DNA from: a virus
Lineage: Duplodnaviria; Caudoviricetes
Strand: one strand, 5' to 3'
IMG/VR virus record: IMGVR_UViG_3300024246_000005
Location: 4,398-68,397 of that record
DNA length: 64,000 nt
A model generated the notes under the pieces. The model saw only the letters and a program-made list of their open reading frames with translations. It searched no databases and was not told where the DNA came from. Of this stretch, positions 26,901 to 34,076 are shown in pieces. The position numbers were made by a program, and so were the translations under genes. How positions within the stretch are numbered: position 1 is the first letter of the stretch; each line of letters starts with the position of its first letter.

Positions 26901-28525
26901 TGGCTCCGGCGCCGCCGAAACAACCGCTCGGCTGGACGTTTGACGCAACTTCTGGCGCTGGCGGTACGCTGGTGGATTCTCCGATCTTCGGATTCGCCTA
27001 CGAGATTTCAAACGCTACCGGAAGCACTCAAGCCAAGTACGGCATGATTACTCAACCTGCCTTCCAGGATGAGTTCAAGGTTCCGATTTTCCGGGCGTCC
27101 ACAAAGTACAGCACGCGCATTACGGCGCTGAAGACCGCCGGAGGCGCAAGTGGCAATCTCGTTGTCGATCTTTACAGCCCGTCCACGGCGACATCGCTTG
27201 GAACGTTTTCGGTTCCTCTGGCTTCGCTGACGGACACCATGCAGATATTCACCGGCGCGATGCTGACATCCGTTTTGGCTCCCGTGCCAAACGATTTGCT
27301 TCTGCGAATCTACGCGCAGAACATTCCAGACGGAACGACGATTCAAATTGACCGCAACGAACCGTTCCCGACAGAACAGCCGAATCTGGACACCCAAGTT
27401 ACCGGAAGCTACGTCAACAATTTTGAGGCGTTCGATGAAAGCGGAGAAGGCGGCATCGTTGACACCGCGGGAGAGAACCAACAACCCGTGCGCAGCGCGT
27501 TTACGCTCTACGACACGCTGTATTTGGTGAAGACAGGATCGTTTGTCTCCACACAGGACAACGGAAGCACGGAGCCGTCTGGTTGGAGCCTAAGAATCGT
27601 ATCGAACTCCGTCGGTACTCCGTCAATCTATGGCGTGACGACCGGAATTGACGAACCAAACACCGGAGAAGCGTGGGCGATCGTTGCGGGACAGGCCGGC
27701 GGGTACATTTTCAACGGTGGCGAACCGATCAAAATCACTGAAGAAATTCAGCGGCTATGGAACCTGATTAACTGGCGCTACGGCCACACCCTTTGGGTGA
27801 AGAACGACGTAAAGAATCGCCGCGTGATGTTTGGCGTGCCTCTGAAAACTCCTAACCAGTGGTTGCCGACCGGAATTATTGCCGACGACAGCAACCCGAC
27901 GACGCCAAACGTCATTCTGATGTGCAACTACCGCCAGTTGAACACTGGATCTGCACTGGCAGAGAAGGTCGGAGTCCATGTTTCGTATTCCGGGCGCCTG
28001 ATTGCTTCGGAACTGACGCGGAAGTGGTCGATCTGGACAATCAAAGCGCCGTGCGCCGCGTTCCTGCGCCGTGATGACACCACGGAGCCGCTTTTCTTCG
28101 GAAACTCCGATGGAAACGGAAAAGTCTTTGAACTGGTGGACGATTTTGGCCAAGATGACTGCTCGGCCATCCAGCAAATTTACGATACCTACGGATTTGT
28201 GACCGATGAGCAAGGGCAAGGTATGCGAATCGGCTCATTGCGCAAGGTCTACACGTATATGTCGATGCTAGTGGACGGAACCGGGAATTTGAACGTCCGG
28301 GTGTTCCCGAATACACTCGATTCTCAGTATGCGCATGATTTGCTGCCACGAATCACTCTGCCGCAGATGACCGACGGAGATATTGAGCTGCCACTGAACG
28401 AAACAGCGAATCGGTTGTTCTTCCAGTTCAAGACTGACGCTATTGGAGCGTCTTTCAACCTGAGCAGAATGATGGTGGCTTTGCAGCAAGACCCGTGGTC
28501 GCCGATACGTGGGAAAAATTACTAA
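23909..28525 (+). CDS. Large tail protein (tail tubular B / P22 gp10-like with inserted domains); start uncertain
   Basis: Track ORF 24035-28525 extends upstream in frame as TQNAQDPLVQVPLNLFGGLYTEADPTSLPDGASPLSINCDYDLG with no ATG/GTG/TTG. Propeller-like motifs and a C-terminus (FQFKTDAIGASFNLSRM) resemble tube-B proteins. Confidence 0.7.
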   Translation, partial: TQNAQDPLVQVPLNLFGGLYTEADPTSLPDGASPLSINCDYDLGSVFGRPGKESVFSYAGSSYILNPAFTQSVGSGQAWSGGSVTLNQGGGGSGARLLQSVFKLGENVDTDSVTINLSADSLVVISLWHYNLGVVSIIDSFGLDWHAIHQSQYFYQAGPANEALEMFCAFTGSNSGENLIRISTLNNGRAFNVAEFAGIIPVSTVPGSAGASSTSTPTEAPSDIGSGPVETNNDPSFVVSAGYSAAISTLTPGFGFTSSGGGLVADVGILQTQFFVPSSIGSYSPTFGLDAKNVWAAVTLAFGSTPGGGGGSPNSQTLQSLNFGPPIPVNVNPLPVPSCGCGCTEADELPVFGVEVLITGSQDNNAPDAILSVQLQLPDGSLSPTIHTTQLPASPGTVVVGSPTDNWGLTLSASILSDPNFTVNIVATTTGGEVVTFTATVQIQVFTTPNPPPDINYLKTFAQTGGEVYSLVLGSNGTMYREDAINNPNVLSAVYSAIEPDTFAESATIDDREFIALSNLLNGTDIPYTYDGTNFDRLSQVGPGAPPTASTSTATIDILSITQPTAKGDPEAPGRLSGILWSNGPGSTAPGNVLTVYYARVSAQPVADPDLQPGVGVEIAGVDVPGPNQDFNGQTVDGDYIVVSVGQGVPPGGEFERWFFTVVMPSTQSVNQADHEEGHGPFGSYQVTTATLTASAQVPNLEVGNSMAISGTGGSPPAGYDGTWVVQKTPNAAQLQITSTSLTGNVATYGFNLISGTNPTVGQAVTVTGTLNGNGIFNVTNGVISSTSAGVFSINLAGADVSSVAEDGIGVIFGTIFVFDPLKVVGNKTGGTLVTVGIISAGIRKVCYSFLTRNGYMTAPSPILTFDVPVGASTLTIGNLASGPDDVIARVVHLTAANGGNFYNIPIPVDVLSNGITVINTSTYLNDNTSRSINLSFSDGVLLAASGIDIQGNNLFATIELGSILGVIGYASRCFALGEQNKVPNLLNWSFDGGYLEVAPAPPKQPLGWTFDATSGAGGTLVDSPIFGFAYEISNATGSTQAKYGMITQPAFQDEFKVPIFRASTKYSTRITALKTAGGASGNLVVDLYSPSTATSLGTFSVPLASLTDTMQIFTGAMLTSVLAPVPNDLLLRIYAQNIPDGTTIQIDRNEPFPTEQPNLDTQVTGSYVNNFEAFDESGEGGIVDTAGENQQPVRSAFTLYDTLYLVKTGSFVSTQDNGSTEPSGWSLRIVSNSVGTPSIYGVTTGIDEPNTGEAWAIVAGQAGGYIFNGGEPIKITEEIQRLWNLINWRYGHTLWVKNDVKNRRVMFGVPLKTPNQWLPTGIIADDSNPTTPNVILMCNYRQLNTGSALAEKVGVHVSYSGRLIASELTRKWSIWTIKAPCAAFLRRDDTTEPLFFGNSDGNGKVFELVDDFGQDDCSAIQQIYDTYGFVTDEQGQGMRIGSLRKVYTYMSMLVDGTGNLNVRVFPNTLDSQYAHDLLPRITLPQMTDGDIELPLNETANRLFFQFKTDAIGASFNLSRMMVALQQDPWSPIRGKNY

Positions 28526-28527
28526 TC

Positions 28528-29115
28528 TTATATATGCTTCCATCTTCCACGACGAGCTATTCTAGATACGGAATCAGGAGTTATTCCATACTTTTTGCAG
28601 ATTGCATCGATAATGTCCTTTTCCTCCTTTGGTCTTGGGCCAGTACGATACGCTTTAGGATATTTAAGACGTATCTCTTCCACTTGCTTTTGTGTAAGAA
28701 CACACTGACCGTTCCTTTCTCCGACGCAGGAGCGTCCACGAGAAACCATGTCCCTGTGGTTATCCGCGTCCGTGCCAACTCTAAGATGTTCTGGATTTAC
28801 ACAAGCCGGGTTGTCGCAGCTATGAAGGATACCTTTGTCTTTTGGTATTTTTCCATTTGTCAGAATCCACGACACTCGATGTGCGCGCTCTATCTTATTA
28901 TGGCGGTCGTTCCAGATAAGCCCATATTGGTATTTCCCACGTATTTTAGCTCCCATCCAAAGCCAGCAACGCCCGAGAGAGTTGTCTGTAGGATGCGGCG
29001 GTCCGTTTTTGTTGACCTTGTCCCAAAATCTATGTTTCATTGGGACTCGGACAAAGCGGCCTTTGGCATCTATTTTCATGCGGAGAAGTTTACGTCCATA
29101 GTATCCAAAACGCAA
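28528..29115 (-). CDS. HNH homing endonuclease (antisense insertion)
   Basis: FWDKVNK...CWLWMGA...AHRVSWIL...ILHSCDNPACVNPEHLRVGT. Confidence 0.9.
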   Translation of the reverse strand: MRFGYYGRKLLRMKIDAKGRFVRVPMKHRFWDKVNKNGPPHPTDNSLGRCWLWMGAKIRGKYQYGLIWNDRHNKIERAHRVSWILTNGKIPKDKGILHSCDNPACVNPEHLRVGTDADNHRDMVSRGRSCVGERNGQCVLTQKQVEEIRLKYPKAYRTGPRPKEEKDIIDAICKKYGITPDSVSRIARRGRWKHI

Positions 29116-29129
29116 GAAGTGAGGGCGTA

Positions 29130-29744
29130 ATGGCGAAGAGTGCTTCTCCGGCGGCGTTGGATATTCAAAAAGAAATTTCTCGCCTGCGCAAAGTCGATGA
29201 AGGACAGTGGTTACAGTCTGCTTTGCAACGCATTGAGGATGCCGTCAACAATCTAGGGAAAAACGGAGCTATTCCGCCCAAAGGTGTTCTGCCGCCACCG
29301 CCTACCATTCAAGAACTAACGGTTAAAACCAACGGGACTGGTATGGTCCATGCGGTAATCAACGACTCCAACCCCATCGACAAGGGACTCAGGTATTTTA
29401 TTGAATACGACACAGACCCAAATTTTACGCGCCCTCATCCGGTTCATCTTGGCGCTTCTCGTTCAATGACTCCAATTACTTTACCTGCGCAGGACGACGA
29501 CGGAAACCCGCAGCAGTTTTATTTTCGCGCCTATTCGCAGTATCCCGGTGGAAAGCCTGGGCAAGTAGTGCATTATGGTGGCACCACGCCGACCGCAGTG
29601 GACCCTGGCGGCACGCAGCAAATGACGCTTATTCCCAGCACTGGAAGTGGGACAGCTCAGGTTTCAGGACAGCAAGGCGGTTCAGGCTTCGGAAAAGTTC
29701 TCACTCGGCCATCGGCGGGACCGAAGAGGGCGATTGTATCGTGA
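29130..29744 (+). CDS. Virion protein (putative)
   Basis: ATG at 29130; Gly/Pro-rich beta domain. Confidence 0.6.
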   Translation: MAKSASPAALDIQKEISRLRKVDEGQWLQSALQRIEDAVNNLGKNGAIPPKGVLPPPPTIQELTVKTNGTGMVHAVINDSNPIDKGLRYFIEYDTDPNFTRPHPVHLGASRSMTPITLPAQDDDGNPQQFYFRAYSQYPGGKPGQVVHYGGTTPTAVDPGGTQQMTLIPSTGSGTAQVSGQQGGSGFGKVLTRPSAGPKRAIVS

Positions 29745-30043
29745 GCAAATCGGTCGGTTCAGTTATTCAGGAGTACTACTTAAAGACTACGGACTGGACA
29801 CCGATTGTCGCTCCAATTGAGTGCGGCTATTGGATGTTTCTGCGAACCAACAACCGCACAAAGATTGGGCGCTGCTCCGACGACCAAAACATGGAAACCT
29901 GCTATTGGCTGGACGGGTATGACTGGGTGACGTTTAGTTGTCCGGCTCTCTACAAAAAGTTTCGGTTTGCAAAGGGTGACACCGTAACATTCCTAAAGGC
30001 CACGGCAGAGAATACGATTGCATATTTTGAATTTTACAACTGA
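29741..30043 (+). CDS. Hypothetical protein
   Basis: GTGA overlap; 100 aa. Confidence 0.55.
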   Translation: MSKSVGSVIQEYYLKTTDWTPIVAPIECGYWMFLRTNNRTKIGRCSDDQNMETCYWLDGYDWVTFSCPALYKKFRFAKGDTVTFLKATAENTIAYFEFYN

Positions 30044-30052
30044 GGTGACGGA

Positions 30053-30766
30053 ATGAAATATCTGGACAAGATGGGAACGTGGAGGCGGGTGTTGTATTTT
30101 GCACTCTTGCTGGCGTTCATCGGTGCCGTCAATATGTCGGGACAGCAACAGAACTCTGGCGGCCAAGCGGTCACGATCAGCGGTTCTCTGCCGGCTGGTG
30201 CTGCCATCGTTGGAAAAGTAGGGATTGACCAAACGACTCCCGGTACAACGAACCTTGTTTCCATCGGGACGGGCGGCCACGTAATTATTGACTCGGGATC
30301 GACGACAGCGGTAACAGGAAACGTTACCGTCGCGCAGGCCACGGGAAGCAATCTCCACGTCGCAGTGGATTCGGCTCCGACTACCACAGTGAGTGGAACA
30401 GTGGCGAACGGAACGGGAGTTGCGAATATCGGTATCGTGCGCTCCGTCCCTTCGGCGTGTACGCAGTCAACAAATTTCACCAATAGCACGGTCGGAGTCG
30501 CCACGGCCGCCGGAACGTCCGTCACTAGCACCACCACTTGCGTTACGGATGTGTACGTCAACAACATCACCAATTCCGCGGTCACATTTCGCCTCGCGGA
30601 CAAAACCGGGACTCCGATCATTTGGATTGGTGGCAACGCAGATTTCACCATCCCGGCGAACTCCAATGTGAGGTTTCCGTTAGGCGGGGTGACATTCGCT
30701 AACGGGATAACCGCCATCGCTGGAACTGGCAGCGCGTTGAACCTACAGGTCAACGGGTTACAGTAA
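30053..30766 (+). CDS. Thr/Val-rich beta protein with Sec signal peptide
   Basis: WRRVLYFALLLAFIGAVNMSG|QQ. Confidence 0.65.
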   Translation: MKYLDKMGTWRRVLYFALLLAFIGAVNMSGQQQNSGGQAVTISGSLPAGAAIVGKVGIDQTTPGTTNLVSIGTGGHVIIDSGSTTAVTGNVTVAQATGSNLHVAVDSAPTTTVSGTVANGTGVANIGIVRSVPSACTQSTNFTNSTVGVATAAGTSVTSTTTCVTDVYVNNITNSAVTFRLADKTGTPIIWIGGNADFTIPANSNVRFPLGGVTFANGITAIAGTGSALNLQVNGLQ

Positions 30767-31191
30767 TGCGGCGAATCGGGTGGCTGTTCCTTCTTCTTCT
30801 GGTTCCTACGTTTCTTGATGGGCAGCAGCAAACTTCGCTGCCCATAACCCGATTCAGTTGCTTTGTTCAAGCGGTAACAGCTATAACGCAGTGCCAAGCC
30901 GCGCCAGCAGCCGGACTGCGCGCCTACGTCACTGATTTTTCTTTTTCCAACCAGGCGGCGACAGTTCAAACTCTCGACATCGTTTTCGGAACAGGAACAA
31001 ACTGCGCAACAGGAACCACTGCGCTGACTCACAAATTTCAAATGGGTACGAACGCGACTACAACAAGTCCACAGGTAGTTGGCGCGGATTTAGTTTCTCC
31101 ATTGGTGCCGACGGCCGCCAACGCCATTTGCGTGCGTCCTTCTGCCGCTACCGCGTTTGGGGCAACCTTAACGGGTTATACCGGACCATGA
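30766..31191 (+). CDS. Thr/Ala-rich protein with Sec signal peptide
   Basis: MRRIGWLFLLLLVPTFLDG|QQQ. Confidence 0.65.
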   Translation: MRRIGWLFLLLLVPTFLDGQQQTSLPITRFSCFVQAVTAITQCQAAPAAGLRAYVTDFSFSNQAATVQTLDIVFGTGTNCATGTTALTHKFQMGTNATTTSPQVVGADLVSPLVPTAANAICVRPSAATAFGATLTGYTGP

Positions 31192-31580
31192 TCCGCCAGT
31201 TCGTGGAAGAGGATTTACCCGTGCTGACTGAGATCCATGCGGCGAACGAACTGCCGCCGAACTGTATGCCGGACCCTTCCGACCCGCTGATGTTGGTGAA
31301 AGCGGTAGTGGAAAAAGATGGTCGCGCAATCATGGCGACTTTCCTGCGCGGAGCCTCGGAAATATATCTACTGGTCGATCACCAGTATGGAACGCCAGAA
31401 GAACGTTGGGAGTGGATGAAAGAACTAAAAACGTACTTGGCGCACGAAGCATGGAAACTCGGGCTGGACCAGATGACTTGCTGGGTGCCGCCGGAAGTGG
31501 ACAAGAGTTTTGGTAAGCGATTGGAAGAGTTAGGCTTTCAGCGCTCTACCTGGCAGTCCTATACCCTAAACATCACATAG
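31188..31580 (+). CDS. GNAT-fold protein preceding the internal virion genes
   Basis: MIRQFVEEDLPVL...KRLEELGFQ; position typical of podoviruses. Confidence 0.55.
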   Translation: MIRQFVEEDLPVLTEIHAANELPPNCMPDPSDPLMLVKAVVEKDGRAIMATFLRGASEIYLLVDHQYGTPEERWEWMKELKTYLAHEAWKLGLDQMTCWVPPEVDKSFGKRLEELGFQRSTWQSYTLNIT

Positions 31581-31625
31581 TTGTGGTACGATTTCTGCAC
31601 ATCGGGTGAATCGTGAGGCGTTGCA

Positions 31626-32291
31626 ATGTTTCGAGTACGCGACAACCCGACTTTTGACATCGCCACAGGTAAGTTCCTCCATTCAGATGGCGAATCGTTC
31701 ATCGAAGAATTTCCCATCCGACTTGACCGCGACGTGCAGGGCAAAGCGAAGAAAGATCGCCAAACTGCGCAAGATACCGCGTCCGGCTACGGCTCCGGTG
31801 CCGCGCAAATTGGTTCTTCCATCATCCCTGGTCTTGAGCGTGACGCCAACAATCCCACCGGCTACGACCCGACCGACCTAAATAACATGCTGGTGTCGAG
31901 CCAAGAAGCGGTAGGCGGCTCAAACGCTGGCGTGACTGGCGAAGCGAACCTCGCCGCAGCACGCACGCGCAATGCCGGTGGATTTGGCCGTGTTCTCGAT
32001 GAAGCTGCACGAATCAAAGGCCGTCAACTCTCCACCAATGCGCTGAACGTGCAGAATGAAAACGCTCGGCTGAAACAGCAGAAGCAGCAAGAAGCCCGTA
32101 CTGGATTGGAACATCTGTACGGCGTAGATACTTCCGCCCAACTTGGGGAAGGGAAACTGGCCAACGAAGATTTGAATACCGCGCTGGAAGCCGGGAAGTC
32201 TGGCTGGCAGCAGAACGCAATGGGATGGATGAACACAGCGGCGAACGTGGCAAAGGCGTTCAAGCCGGAAAGTGGCGGGGGCGGCGGCTAA
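31626..32291 (+). CDS. Internal virion / DNA ejection protein
   Basis: Ala/Gly/Gln-rich helical protein after the tail genes. Confidence 0.55.
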   Translation: MFRVRDNPTFDIATGKFLHSDGESFIEEFPIRLDRDVQGKAKKDRQTAQDTASGYGSGAAQIGSSIIPGLERDANNPTGYDPTDLNNMLVSSQEAVGGSNAGVTGEANLAAARTRNAGGFGRVLDEAARIKGRQLSTNALNVQNENARLKQQKQQEARTGLEHLYGVDTSAQLGEGKLANEDLNTALEAGKSGWQQNAMGWMNTAANVAKAFKPESGGGGG

Positions 32292-32294
32292 TCC

Positions 32295-34076
32295 ATGCTG
32301 ACTTTGGACGACATTCGGGCACTCCCCAACGATCCCAGCGAAGAACATCTCATCGCTGCTGGTCTGTTGCCGAAGCCTGCTCCACCACCGTCCATTATTC
32401 CGGCGGCCAGTGGGCCGATTCCTACGCCTTCTGCGGTTACTCCGCGCGCTGAACCTTCTGCGGATTGGAAAGCAAAACTGGCGGCTACGGCTCCGCACGC
32501 TGCGACGGTGATACCGCCGATGCAGCCGGTTGCTCCCGACCTCGGCAGTCCTGTTACTCCCGGAAACGCAGGAGCACATCCTACGGACGAACTTTCGAGT
32601 CCAACGATCCCTGCATTGCCAAACCTGAATTTCAAGGAACGGCAAGCACTTCCGATTACTTCTCCGGGTGCTCCGGCGAACAGTTCCGCATCGTTCCGCG
32701 CGCAGATCGAGCGGTTGCAGGACCAGAAAGCACACCCCTGGGGAACTGAAGAGAACCATCCTGGCCTGCTAGGTAAAATCGCCCACTACGCGGCGAAGGT
32801 TGGGAACATAGCAGGTGACATCTTTGCGCCAGCGACAATGGCGAATATCCCCGGCACCGAATTGAACAAGACGGAGCAACTCCGCGAGGCCGAAAGCAAA
32901 GAAGCTAAAGCGGAAGGCCGCGAGACTGCGGAGAAGACCGCTGAATCAGAAAACGAATTGCGCGCAGCGGAAACCAAGAAAAATTTGGCGATGGCTGACC
33001 GTGAACCAGGCACGACCGCTGAACGGGAAGTGTTTAAGGATTTGACCACTGGCGAGAACGGTGGTCCGCGCGTCAATCCCGATACCGGGAAACCATATAC
33101 CGCGCTAGAGGCTTTTGAGGCTGTAAGGCAAGCCGAACAGAAGTCCACGACAAAGCCAGAGAGCATTGACCAGGCCGCAGTAGACGCAAAGATGAAGGAA
33201 ACCAATCCGCAGACTGGCAAACCTTTTACGGCGTATGAGGCACGCGTGGAATTGGCGAATGACATTGCCGGCGGTAAGAGCAAGGGACCGTCCAGCGCGG
33301 AAGAGGATCAACGATACGAAAAAATAATGACCGACGTGCGGATGGGAAAGCCGGTGTCGGCAGAAGATAGGGCGTGGGCTGGCGTTTACGAAAAGCGTAA
33401 AACGCTTGGTCCTTTTGCCGCGGCTGTTGCGCAAGCTCCGCAAAAATCCACCGAACGGTCTGACAAGAGCTACCAGTACAATGCAACCGCTCTTGAAAAA
33501 GTAGCTACTCCTGTCGAGCAGACAATGGCTCGCATGGGGCGTTTGATGGAAGCCCTGAATCAACATACCCCGGCCGCCGATGCTCTGGTCGGTCCTGAAT
33601 TACTGACCATTATGGCTGGTGGACAAGGTTCCGGTCTTCGTATGACTGAGGCGGAAATTTCACGCATCGTCGGTGGACGTTCGCATTGGCAGGATTTGCA
33701 GGCAGCAGTACAGAAATGGAGTCTCGACCCATCCACAGCCAACTCCATCACAGCAGATCAGCGGAAACAGATGCGCGATTTGGCCAGCGCTGTTCAGCGG
33801 AAACTTGTAGCAAAACAGGTTGTGTTGGACAAAGCTCACGAAGAACTTCTGGATAGCGAAGATCCAAAAGACCACCGTCGAGCAGTAACCGACGCGCGGC
33901 GAGAACTGGACAAGATTGACGCCGGCGCGGAAGCCGCGAAGATTCGCGGAGAAGGCGGGGAGAAGATCGCCACGAAAGAATTACTGGACGCTTACGCCAA
34001 AGCGCACAACGTCTCCGTCGATGAAGCCAAAGCCGCAGCCAAGAAATCTGGATATAAGATTCAAGGCGAAAAGTAA
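32295..34076 (+). CDS. Internal virion / DNA ejection protein
   Basis: 593 aa; Pro-rich N-terminus then charged helices. Confidence 0.55.
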   Translation: MLTLDDIRALPNDPSEEHLIAAGLLPKPAPPPSIIPAASGPIPTPSAVTPRAEPSADWKAKLAATAPHAATVIPPMQPVAPDLGSPVTPGNAGAHPTDELSSPTIPALPNLNFKERQALPITSPGAPANSSASFRAQIERLQDQKAHPWGTEENHPGLLGKIAHYAAKVGNIAGDIFAPATMANIPGTELNKTEQLREAESKEAKAEGRETAEKTAESENELRAAETKKNLAMADREPGTTAEREVFKDLTTGENGGPRVNPDTGKPYTALEAFEAVRQAEQKSTTKPESIDQAAVDAKMKETNPQTGKPFTAYEARVELANDIAGGKSKGPSSAEEDQRYEKIMTDVRMGKPVSAEDRAWAGVYEKRKTLGPFAAAVAQAPQKSTERSDKSYQYNATALEKVATPVEQTMARMGRLMEALNQHTPAADALVGPELLTIMAGGQGSGLRMTEAEISRIVGGRSHWQDLQAAVQKWSLDPSTANSITADQRKQMRDLASAVQRKLVAKQVVLDKAHEELLDSEDPKDHRRAVTDARRELDKIDAGAEAAKIRGEGGEKIATKELLDAYAKAHNVSVDEAKAAAKKSGYKIQGEK

